Shown here: piece after piece, positions 32,163 through 41,141 of the stretch
Numbering within the stretch: position 1 is the stretch's first letter
Layout of the letters: each line of letters opens with the position of its first letter
Source: an uncultured delta proteobacterium
GTDB taxonomy: Bacteria > Desulfobacterota > Syntrophia > Syntrophales > UBA2185
Reading direction: 5' to 3'
DNA length: 64,000 bases
NCBI GenBank assembly: GCA_963729715.1
Contig: CAVSPA010000018.1
Coordinates: 1-64,000, forward strand
The notes under the pieces: model-generated
Seen by the model: only the letters and a program-made list of their open reading frames with translations
What the model was told of the DNA's origin: nothing
Database searches by the model: none
Program-made: the position numbers and the translations under genes

Positions 32163-33740
32163 ATGGTCATTGCCATATTTTTTGGAATTCTTATATCGTA
32201 CTTGGTGATAGGGTTCATCGCCTCGCGCCACACTAAAGGAGCCGATGAATTCTATGTAACAGGGAGACGATCCGGAATAATTCTTGTTCTCGGAGGATTT
32301 GCCGGAACTTGGATCAGCGCTCTGGGCACTCTTGGGTATCCTGGCATGTCCTATTCACAGGGTATAGGATTAGTGGCTATTTGGGGAGCTCTCCCGGGAT
32401 TCTTGTTGGCGGCTTTCCTTATTGTGCCTCAATTGTATAGGAGCGGTTCCTGGACGCTTTTTGATTTCTTTGAATCTCGTTGGCAGGACAAGAGGTTAGC
32501 CGCTGTCGGCGTCTGCGTCATGTTTTTCGGCATGTTTCCTTATTTTGTTGCGCAAATTATGGGGGCTGCAACTTTATTATCGACACTTACAGGGTTAAGC
32601 TATCAAACTATGCTCTATATAGTGTGCGCAACATTTTTCCTCTTAACAATTGTAGGAGGCGCCTGGTCTGTAACGGTTACAGACACTGCCATGCTGCTCG
32701 TCAAATTAAGTCTTGTAGCATTCATTCTTCCTGCTGCACTTGCTTTTTTTGGCGGCATTAATAAAGTCACCGTCGATATGTATGCTTCCTCGCCACAGCG
32801 TTTTAGTCTCACTGGTTCTCTGCCTCCTCTTTATGTTTTGTCCTCATGTCTAATCTGGTTCTTTGGCATGTTCGCTGCGCCACACCAGGCGTCACGTATT
32901 ATGATTGCGAAAGATACGAGAACAGCCGTCGCCGGAGCTATATTAGCGTTGACTTTAGGAACTGTTATTGTCTGGGCCTTGCATTTCATGGCAAGCGGTT
33001 TATGGGTCATTACACACGACGTTAAGCCGTCTTCCAGTGCCCTCCCTTATCTCTTTGCGCATTTGCCAAGCACGGCAATAGGCGCTTTAGGAATATCGGC
33101 CTTATTTGCTGCTGCTTTGTCAAGTGCAACGGGGATGCTATTGACTTTGAGCATGGGAGTCGGGAGAGATGTGGTAAAGCGTTTTTTTAAATCAGACTTG
33201 CCTGATAAAAAGCTATTGAGCATTACTCGCTGGGCAGTACTGGGGTTCACTCTCGCTGTATTGGCCACATGCTTGGCTCAACCGGAAGCAATTGTCAAAT
33301 TTGCAGAGTTAGGGGGTTCGATATTCGCGTGCACGTTCTTTGCTCCATTGTTTTTCGGTGCCAACTGGCGGCGTGTTACAAAAAATGCAGTATTCTGGTC
33401 GATGATTTTGGGTGGCGGGATAGACATAATCCTCTGGATTGGGTGGCGCTTTATGGGTATGCCGTTGCTGTTTGGAATTCAGCCCGTTCTTTATGGCATC
33501 ACGGCCTCGATTTTGACACTCGTCATAATAACCTTAAAATCTGATCCCACGCCTGCGGAAATTAAGGAGTTTGAACGAATCACGACGAGAATGGAAGTAG
33601 CTACAGTTGCAGTAGGCGCCAACCAATCGAATGCAGTAATTAAGACGAGGCGGATTGACGGCTATGATTGGACGTGTATTCTGTCCATTGTCATAGGATT
33701 GACTTTAGCCATAGGAGGTACGGTTATTCTTCCACCCTAA
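32163..33740 (+). CDS. Sodium:solute symporter (SSS family)
   Basis: EFYVTGR, TLFDFFESRW, GGAWSVTVTD, AAALSS; many TM segments. Confidence 0.92.
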   Translation: MVIAIFFGILISYLVIGFIASRHTKGADEFYVTGRRSGIILVLGGFAGTWISALGTLGYPGMSYSQGIGLVAIWGALPGFLLAAFLIVPQLYRSGSWTLFDFFESRWQDKRLAAVGVCVMFFGMFPYFVAQIMGAATLLSTLTGLSYQTMLYIVCATFFLLTIVGGAWSVTVTDTAMLLVKLSLVAFILPAALAFFGGINKVTVDMYASSPQRFSLTGSLPPLYVLSSCLIWFFGMFAAPHQASRIMIAKDTRTAVAGAILALTLGTVIVWALHFMASGLWVITHDVKPSSSALPYLFAHLPSTAIGALGISALFAAALSSATGMLLTLSMGVGRDVVKRFFKSDLPDKKLLSITRWAVLGFTLAVLATCLAQPEAIVKFAELGGSIFACTFFAPLFFGANWRRVTKNAVFWSMILGGGIDIILWIGWRFMGMPLLFGIQPVLYGITASILTLVIITLKSDPTPAEIKEFERITTRMEVATVAVGANQSNAVIKTRRIDGYDWTCILSIVIGLTLAIGGTVILPP

Positions 33741-33819
33741 TGTTATGACAATATTACTTGAAAAAGTTCGGGGCCCCTCGGACCTGTTTTTCAATGGAGA
33801 AACACGAAGGAGCAGAAAG

Positions 33820-34707
33820 ATGCATATACAGAAGATCATGGTCGTGGGTTCAGGTTTCATGGGCTCCGGTATCGCGCAGGTTGCGGCTGCTGCAGGCTTT
33901 ACGGTGACAATGCAGGACATAAAGGATGAACTCGTTCAGAAGGGCATGGCGACCATCGAGAAAAACCTTAAGAACAGCGTTGCCACAGGGAAGCTCAGCG
34001 AGGAGGACATGAGGGCCACCCTCGGTAGGATTACCCCGACCCTTGATTTATCTCTCGCTAAAGACTGCGACGCAGTAATCGAAGTCATATTCGAAAAAAA
34101 GCAGGCTAAAACGGAGCTCTTCAAGAAACTGGATGAGCTTTGCCCGCCGGAGGTCATATTCGCAAGCAACACTTCCTCTATCCCTATCACGGAACTGGCC
34201 GCCACCACCAGGCGGCCAGCCAGGTTTGCCGGTATGCATTTCTTCAGCCCCGTCCCGGTCATGAAGCTCGTTGAAGTTATCAGGGGCTTGAAAACATCCG
34301 AAGAAACTGCCACGATCATTAATGATCTGGCGATAAAGTTCGGCAAGGTTCCGGTTTATGTAAAGGACGGCCCCGGTTTCTTGGTCAACCGGGTCAACGC
34401 GGCGCTTCGCAATGAGGTTTACAGATGTTTGGCGGAGGGCGTCGCAACCATTGAAGACATCGACAAGGCCCTGAAGTTCGGCCTCAACCATCCCATGGGT
34501 CCGTTCGAGCTCAATGATTTCGTCGGCCTCGAGATCGGACTGGCCGTCTTTGAAACCCTCTGGGAGAATTTCAAAGACCCGAAATGGGCGCCCTCGCTGA
34601 TTCTGAAGAAGATGGTCGCTTCCGGCGACCTAGGCCGCAAGACCGGCAAGGGCTGGTATGACTATACATCCGGCGAGAAGAAGCCGCGGACAGACCTTAA
34701 CTTCTAA
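33820..34707 (+). CDS. hbd: 3-hydroxyacyl-CoA dehydrogenase
   Basis: GSGFMGSGIA, ASNTSS, GMHFFSP, HPMGP, GRKTGKGWY; start moved to the ATG after the RBS. Confidence 0.92.
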   Translation: MHIQKIMVVGSGFMGSGIAQVAAAAGFTVTMQDIKDELVQKGMATIEKNLKNSVATGKLSEEDMRATLGRITPTLDLSLAKDCDAVIEVIFEKKQAKTELFKKLDELCPPEVIFASNTSSIPITELAATTRRPARFAGMHFFSPVPVMKLVEVIRGLKTSEETATIINDLAIKFGKVPVYVKDGPGFLVNRVNAALRNEVYRCLAEGVATIEDIDKALKFGLNHPMGPFELNDFVGLEIGLAVFETLWENFKDPKWAPSLILKKMVASGDLGRKTGKGWYDYTSGEKKPRTDLNF

Positions 34708-34742
34708 TCAGACTTTCTGAAAAAATTACGGGGTGACAAAAA

Positions 34743-36011
34743 ATGGAAGATGTAGTTATTCTGAGCTGTGTCCGCACACCGATAGGCGCTTACGGCGGAG
34801 CCATGAAAGATATCCCGGTCTATAGGCTGGGAAGCCTAGTCTTAAACGAGGTCGTCAAGAGGGTTGGCATCGAAGCCTCTGCGGTTGATGATGTGATCAT
34901 GGGAACATCCTACCAGAACGGAGAGTGCGCCAACGGCGCCCGGATGGCCGTTCTTGATGCGGGCTGGCCGGATACTGTGCCGGGCGTCGTGATCGACCGT
35001 CGCTGCTGCTCTGGGTTGGAATCAATCTTTTATGGTGCTTTACAGATTCAAACGGGAAATGCAGAAATCATCGTCGCCGGCGGTATGGACAGCATGAGCC
35101 AGGCGGAACTTTATATACCGGGTGATATCAAGTGGGGTCTCGGTGGTAAGAGCCATGAAAAGTACGGTTTCATGCCCAGAGGTCACGGCGCCCTCGCCAT
35201 GTGGGGGATACCTCTCTATGACAGGCTTCAGCGTGGGAGGGTGATGTCTCAGCCCATCCACCGTTACGGAGAGTTGAACTCGATGATGTCCTGGGCGGAG
35301 ATGGCGGCCAAGAGGGAAAAAATAACCCGTGAAGAGGCGGACAAGTGGGCGTATCGCAGCCACAAGAGAGCCATTGCGGCATGGGATGCCGGGAAATTCG
35401 CGAATGAGATAGTCCCCGTTCCTGTCGGAAAGGGGAAAGACGGGGACATGATCTTTTTTAATACAGATGAGGGACCGCGTCGCAAAACGACAATGGAAAA
35501 GCTTGCCAAGCTCCGGCCCGTTTATCCGGACGGGGTGTGTACTGCCGGTAATTCCTCTTCAGAGAATGACGGCGCCTCCGTCGTTGTCCTCGCATCGGAA
35601 AGAAAAGCAACAGAACTCGGTATCAAACCGATGGCATATTTTCGTTCGTGTGCTATTGCCGCCACGGATCCGACATTGACATATCCGGCGGTGCCTGTCG
35701 CCGTTTCCAGGGCTCTCAGTAAGGCCGCTTTGAAGATCGATCAGATAGATCTCATAGAAGTGCAGGAGGCCTTTGCAGTCCAGGCCTTGGCCGATGCAAG
35801 GCTCTGCGGGCTCAGTGAAAAAGATATGGAAGAGAAAGTGAATGTGAATGGATCGGGCATTTCCCTCGGCCATCCGGTAGGCGCAACCGGCACGATGAGA
35901 TTGACAACGCTTCTCCATGAAATGAAGAGGCGTAGTGTCCGTTACGGGCTTGAGACCATCTGCGGCGGCGGCGGACAGGGCATCTGCATGATCGTTGAGA
36001 GAAAATCATAA
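34743..36011 (+). CDS. Thiolase family protein
   Basis: RTPIG, RRCCSG, NDGA, QEAFA, GHPVGATG, CGGGGQG. Confidence 0.93.
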   Translation: MEDVVILSCVRTPIGAYGGAMKDIPVYRLGSLVLNEVVKRVGIEASAVDDVIMGTSYQNGECANGARMAVLDAGWPDTVPGVVIDRRCCSGLESIFYGALQIQTGNAEIIVAGGMDSMSQAELYIPGDIKWGLGGKSHEKYGFMPRGHGALAMWGIPLYDRLQRGRVMSQPIHRYGELNSMMSWAEMAAKREKITREEADKWAYRSHKRAIAAWDAGKFANEIVPVPVGKGKDGDMIFFNTDEGPRRKTTMEKLAKLRPVYPDGVCTAGNSSSENDGASVVVLASERKATELGIKPMAYFRSCAIAATDPTLTYPAVPVAVSRALSKAALKIDQIDLIEVQEAFAVQALADARLCGLSEKDMEEKVNVNGSGISLGHPVGATGTMRLTTLLHEMKRRSVRYGLETICGGGGQGICMIVERKS

Positions 36012-36029
36012 ATCAGCAAGGAGAACAAG

Positions 36030-36168
36030 ATGGATTTTGCACAAACGCAAGAACAGCAAATGATTCGAGAAAATGCTCGAACTGGGCTTCTTCGGTTTCT
36101 GGATTGACGAGAAATACGGCGGCAACAGCATTGTGTTCTTCGAGGGGTCCTGGTGATTGAGCAGCTTT
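36030..36168 (+). pseudogene. Acyl-CoA dehydrogenase N-terminal remnant
   Basis: RBS AAGGAG then MDFAQTQEQQMIRENAR, followed in a shifted frame by ELGFFGFWIDEKYGG; truncated. Confidence 0.7.
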
Positions 36169-36284
36169 ACCGCCCCGGGTTAAAACTCACCACTGTTTCA
36201 GATCATTATTCTCCTACACGCTTAGATGTCGATAAATTATTCATAAAAACATTGCAACATAATCTCGGTTTTTTCAATCATTGT

Positions 36285-37259
36285 CTATGAGGAAAAGGTC
36301 AGCTTCGTTCCAGACATGTTGAGGATGAACTGATCGGGCATTTCTTCTTTAATATGCATCATCGCATTTCTTCCTGTACAGTGAGTTGGTATAATATAGC
36401 CGGGATTAATTTTGTGCAGTTCTTCTATTGTCCTTTCGATGATTGATTCAAAAAGAGGGCCGCTCAGGTGAAACCCACCCATGATTGCACGCACGTCTTT
36501 AATTCCTGTAACCTTCATAGCATGATAAACTGTATTGATGATACCCGAATGGGCACACCCGGATAGAATAACCAAGCCCTTGCCCTTAACGTTCATAGCA
36601 ATTGATGTGTCATCTTCAATAGCATCAAACTTCTCTCGACCATCCTCCAAAAGGCGGGCAATCGGATAACCTTTTTCAAAGTCTGTGGAGCGCTCGATCT
36701 CTCCCAGAAATAGGGCATCACCATCAAGCATAAGCCGAGGCTCTCTTGTTTCCACAACTCTAATTTCGAGTTTTTCAAGAGCATCTCTGGTGATTGCAGG
36801 AAAGAAGATTTTTTGTTCTTCATTGTACTTCAGATAACGTGGGGCTTTAAATACGGATGGGTGAACAAACAGTTCGATACCCGGTTTCCCAATCATCTTG
36901 ACAAACCTCTCCAGGCCGCCCGCGTGGTCATCGTGCCCGTGTGAAAGGGCAAGAACTTCGATTTGCGATGTGTTCACGCCAAGAGCTTCGGCATTGAAAA
37001 CGGCTCCGATCTCCGAAAATCCGAAATCAAAAAGCATAGTTCTCGTCTGGCTTCCCGTTGTTGCCCTGATAATCGAGGAAAAGCCGTGCTCGGACAGGAT
37101 GGATTTTCTAAATCCCCCCTCTTTCATCGGCATGGCTCGTGTAACCATTTCGCTGTTGTCTCTTATCGTCAAGTCTATGTAGTTATCCTGTAAGGTTAAA
37201 ATTTCTGCCTTATCTACTGCGTTCAAGATAACTTTTCCCATGACATTTCCTCCGAACAT
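36285..37259 (-). CDS. MBL-fold metallo-hydrolase (COG1237-like)
   Basis: EHGFS, SHGHDDH, SGCAHSG, GGFH, PTHCTG. Confidence 0.9.
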   Translation of the reverse strand: MFGGNVMGKVILNAVDKAEILTLQDNYIDLTIRDNSEMVTRAMPMKEGGFRKSILSEHGFSSIIRATTGSQTRTMLFDFGFSEIGAVFNAEALGVNTSQIEVLALSHGHDDHAGGLERFVKMIGKPGIELFVHPSVFKAPRYLKYNEEQKIFFPAITRDALEKLEIRVVETREPRLMLDGDALFLGEIERSTDFEKGYPIARLLEDGREKFDAIEDDTSIAMNVKGKGLVILSGCAHSGIINTVYHAMKVTGIKDVRAIMGGFHLSGPLFESIIERTIEELHKINPGYIIPTHCTGRNAMMHIKEEMPDQFILNMSGTKLTFSS

Positions 37260-37337
37260 CCTATCTCGATGTATTCATACTTTGAATTTTATATGCGAGA
37301 TCCCGTACCTACAAAATGTATTGCTTCTGGATTTCCA

Positions 37338-38321
37338 TTATTGAAGCGCCTTCTTGCATAGTTCCGTTATGAATATCGGATTGATTGAATCATCCTTGCA
37401 TAGCTTCCGAAGATTGAGATAGCACATGGGGCAGAGGAAGACCATGGCATCCGCATTCACTTTTTTTGCATCGTCTATATTCCACTTTTTTACAATCGCC
37501 GCCCGTTCTTTGTCGCGGGCCATGAGCGGCGCGCCACAGCAAAGTGCGTTTATTCTTTCGTACTTCCGTGCCGGCCTCTCCACTCCGAGGAGTTCAAAAA
37601 TCTTATCGAGATAGATATCCTTCCCCTGTGTGTAGCGCGAGGCGCAGGGGGACTGGTAGGCAACGCGGATGGGAACCGCCTTGAGACGGCCCTCGCGCTT
37701 CTTGAGTTCCCGGTAGAGATATTCAAAGATATGGACAGGGTGGAAAGGCACTTTCAAGCCATACTCCTGGGCCAGCGTGGTCAGCATAGTGTAACAGTCG
37801 TCGTGGAAACAGATAACTTCTTTGGCTCCCAAGGCTGCGAGGTTCTCGATGAATCTCTTTGCCTCCTTCTTAGCGGAGCTCGGTTTCCCGAGGTGAATAT
37901 GTCCAACAGTACAGAAATAGTCCGCGCCTTCGACAATCGTCAAATCATCGAAAAGAGGATTGTCCAGAAGTTCACGGACCATATCTCCCACAATGCACAG
38001 ATTCAGCACGGGTTTGCCCTCTTTGCCTTTTTTTACGATGGTCGGCAGATTATAGAGCTTAGCGAAATTCTGCATGGCCTGCTCGGGAATGCCGAGGGCA
38101 CCCGTTTCTTCCTGACGCTGGTTCAGCAAATCGAATGGATTGGCTTGGGTCGGGCAGACCAAATTGCACGATGCGCAAGTAACGCATAGACCCACAATCG
38201 GCGGTGTTCCTCCCGATACAAGCTCCTTCATTTCCTCTTGGGCCCGATTGAGGTCGTATTCCACATAAGGACAAAACTCCAGGCAGTTTCCACATAAATT
38301 GCATTTTTCTTGGTAAAACAT
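37338..38321 (-). CDS. Fe-S protein with CCG-type domains
   Basis: CNLCGNCLEFCP, CVTCASCNLVCP, LCCG, CPMC. Confidence 0.88.
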   Translation of the reverse strand: MFYQEKCNLCGNCLEFCPYVEYDLNRAQEEMKELVSGGTPPIVGLCVTCASCNLVCPTQANPFDLLNQRQEETGALGIPEQAMQNFAKLYNLPTIVKKGKEGKPVLNLCIVGDMVRELLDNPLFDDLTIVEGADYFCTVGHIHLGKPSSAKKEAKRFIENLAALGAKEVICFHDDCYTMLTTLAQEYGLKVPFHPVHIFEYLYRELKKREGRLKAVPIRVAYQSPCASRYTQGKDIYLDKIFELLGVERPARKYERINALCCGAPLMARDKERAAIVKKWNIDDAKKVNADAMVFLCPMCYLNLRKLCKDDSINPIFITELCKKALQ

Positions 38322-38531
38322 TGATTCCTCCTTGGCTTTTATATTTGGCCGTTTATGTCAGTATGCTTTTTTACTACAATTCAAAAGAATTCGCGTCACT
38401 TTGCCGGAAGCTGCACCGGCACTGCTTCTCCTTTCGCGCGGATCTCACCTTCCGCAGATAACGTGACGCTCACAATGATTTTTCGTTTTCCCGTTCCATT
38501 TGAACAATGCCGGCTGGACGCTTAGAGATGC

Positions 38532-39224
38532 TCATTTCCGCCGTTTCACCGCGTTCAGGGACCGATAATAGCTGTCCATTGTATAAACTGCGGCCAGGGG
38601 ATTGTGGCCCAGCAGGCGGTCCTTGACGGCAAGTACGGTGCAGGGGGCCTCGGCATATTTCATGAACAGCGAATCGTGACCAACGCACAATCCCATCATG
38701 ATGTTAAACTCAGTCTTTTCATGATTGAGCAATAAGGCCTGGGCGATCGGATTGCACATGGATTCAAAACATCCTATCCTGACTTTTTGATTTTCCAGGA
38801 TTCCGATCACTTCTTTCGGGACGCGACCAATTTTGCATACACCCGAGACGACATCAAAACCGTAGGAAGAAAGAAACCCTTCCACAGCTCTGGCCTCTTT
38901 CCTGAGGCCGAGACAGAAGGCAAACCCCAATTTCTTGTAGTTCATCTTTCCTGCAAATTCTACAATCTCAAGAATCCGGGGTTTGACCGGTTTTGCTTGC
39001 GCAAATCCGAGTTCCCTGTCCGCATACCCTTCTCCTTCCTGAATAGACGCCTGTCTGGCAAATTCCAGGACCTCGCCTTTTTTGAGTTCTTCCAGTGCCT
39101 TTTCGATAACAGTTGCTTTATGTACCGTAGGACAGAAAGGTGGCGCTTTACCGTTTTCTTCCTGGCAGATACGCTCCTGACGTTCAAAAGGGCAGCGGGC
39201 GCATTGCGGATGGTTGTGTTCCAT
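38532..39224 (-). CDS. DUF1847 family Cys-rich protein
   Basis: AFCLGL, MCNPIAQA, GLCVGHDSLF, KDRLLGHNP. Confidence 0.85.
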   Translation of the reverse strand: MEHNHPQCARCPFERQERICQEENGKAPPFCPTVHKATVIEKALEELKKGEVLEFARQASIQEGEGYADRELGFAQAKPVKPRILEIVEFAGKMNYKKLGFAFCLGLRKEARAVEGFLSSYGFDVVSGVCKIGRVPKEVIGILENQKVRIGCFESMCNPIAQALLLNHEKTEFNIMMGLCVGHDSLFMKYAEAPCTVLAVKDRLLGHNPLAAVYTMDSYYRSLNAVKRRK

Positions 39225-39410
39225 CAGGTCTCTCCTTGAACATTATAATATTTCTCTATAGGCGGCACTGAACGGGTACCGGTGTAATCTTGGCGTGATT
39301 CTTCTCTCTTTCCGGGGGTGATCCCGGACGATTTGAGACTGCTTATAATGCCGTATCCCCCTTGAATATCATACACCACACCGTTAGACTGATCAGCGTT
39401 TCCTCTTACA

Positions 39411-39842
39411 TCATTTATCCTTTTTCCCGACGGCGAAGTCCCTCAATGCTCTATGCAGTGTCGTGGCGGCGAGAAGGGCACAATGCCTGGCTTCTTCCGG
39501 CATCCCTCCCAGATGCTCCAGGATGGCATTCTGGTTGATCCTGATGCAGTCCTTCGGGGCTTTCCCCTTAGCCATCACTGTGGCAGCCGAGACAGCGGCA
39601 TGGGATGTCATGCAACCATCTGTGGTATATCGGACGTCTTCAATTCTGCCGCTTTTCACCCGTAGAAATATTTCTACCGTATCCCCGCATGGTCCGGTTA
39701 TCTTTGCATAGCCGTCCGGCTTTTTTATTGTACCGCAATTTCTCGGGTTAGTCCCGTAATCAATGACTCTTCCGGAAAAAAGATTCTTGGTTTTTTCCAA
39801 GAGCAAATCCATCATTTCTTTTTTGATCTCGTCTTCTTCCAC
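39411..39842 (-). CDS. IscU/NifU N-terminal-type scaffold protein
   Basis: NPRN, GPCGD, DGC, HCALLA. Confidence 0.88.
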   Translation of the reverse strand: MEEDEIKKEMMDLLLEKTKNLFSGRVIDYGTNPRNCGTIKKPDGYAKITGPCGDTVEIFLRVKSGRIEDVRYTTDGCMTSHAAVSAATVMAKGKAPKDCIRINQNAILEHLGGMPEEARHCALLAATTLHRALRDFAVGKKDK

Positions 39843-39878
39843 TTCCTTAATCCTGCCTGCGATTCCTCTGCGGGGCGC

Positions 39879-40127
39879 TTATTTGTGACATGCCGCCCCC
39901 TGCGCACACGGCGCCGTGTCGCACCGCTCCTCTCTGCCGCAGCAGGTCCTGCCTCCTCGAGAACCCATTATCTGACCTATTCTCGATGTGACCCCCTTCG
40001 ACAGGATTCTCTTTAAGTCTTCATTTCCGCAGACACGGCACCTCCTCGCGGTTTGCTCCTCCGTCATACCTTCAAGCAACTCGGAGATTCCGCCGCATGC
40101 GGTGCATTCATACTCATAAATCGGCAT
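39879..40127 (-). CDS. FmdB-family zinc-ribbon protein
   Basis: MPIYEYECTACG...CRVCG, Cys-rich tail. Confidence 0.85.
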   Translation of the reverse strand: MPIYEYECTACGGISELLEGMTEEQTARRCRVCGNEDLKRILSKGVTSRIGQIMGSRGGRTCCGREERCDTAPCAQGAACHK

Positions 40128-40143
40128 AGTGCAAAAGACCTCT

Positions 40144-41025
40144 CTATTTCTTTGTCATTCCTAAAATCGGTTTGACGGCTTTGACAAAGGCCTTGGCCGC
40201 AGAGGTTTTCCCGTAATGATAGATAAATGGTTTCCCGTTGTCCGAAGCCTCCACGATCAGCGGTTCTATGGGAATGCGCCCGAGAAAGGGAACTCCCATT
40301 TCGCCTGCCATTTTTTCGCCACCTCCACGCTTAAAGACATCGACGCCTTTCCCGCAGTGCGGGCAGACGAGACCGCTCATGTTTTCAATCACCCCCAGGA
40401 CGGGAACTTTCAACTGTTTACAGAAATCTATGGATTTTCGCACGTCGATGAGAGACAAATCCTGGGGCGTGGTCACAATAACGGCGCCGTCTGCGTCAGG
40501 AATCATTTGAGCCACGGAAAGGGGTTCATCTCCCGTGCCCGGAGGAAAGTCAATAACGAGGTAATCGAGATGACCCCAATTCACCTCCGTCAAAAGCTGT
40601 TTTATGACATTGACCTTCATGGGGCCTCTCCAGATCACGGCCCTGTTCTGTTCAGGCATAAAGAATCCTATGGACATTACTTTTATTCCTTCCACAAAAT
40701 CCACAGGGTTAATGCCTTCATCGCCGGTTTTCACCGACTTCCCATTGAGATGGAGCAGAGTGGGGATACTGGGACCATGCAAGTCTACATCCAGAATTCC
40801 CACCTGTTTTCCTTGCATGGCCAGGGCAACGGCGATATTAACCGCCACAGTGCTCTTGCCGACGCCGCCCTTCCCGGACAGCACCATGATCTTATGATCG
40901 ATCTGCGCCATACGATTTGCCAGTGTTACATCTTCGGTACTGTCATTTAATCTATTATCAGGTTCCTTGTATTTGCCTTGACAACCCTGGTCTTCACCAC
41001 CACTGTGTTTTTCACAATCCATCAT
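40144..41025 (-). CDS. mrp: Mrp/NBP35 Fe-S carrier ATPase
   Basis: SGKGGVGKST, WRGP, PPGTGD, ENMS, CPHC. Confidence 0.93.
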   Translation of the reverse strand: MMDCEKHSGGEDQGCQGKYKEPDNRLNDSTEDVTLANRMAQIDHKIMVLSGKGGVGKSTVAVNIAVALAMQGKQVGILDVDLHGPSIPTLLHLNGKSVKTGDEGINPVDFVEGIKVMSIGFFMPEQNRAVIWRGPMKVNVIKQLLTEVNWGHLDYLVIDFPPGTGDEPLSVAQMIPDADGAVIVTTPQDLSLIDVRKSIDFCKQLKVPVLGVIENMSGLVCPHCGKGVDVFKRGGGEKMAGEMGVPFLGRIPIEPLIVEASDNGKPFIYHYGKTSAAKAFVKAVKPILGMTKK

Positions 41026-41141
41026 CGCTCACCTTTAGTTGCTTGGTTTCGTATCCTGCATTATGGGCTCCATTTTATTCCAAATGGAAATTATTTCACC
41101 CGCCACCTTGTCCTGCGCATATTCAATTCGCTTAAGCCTCA

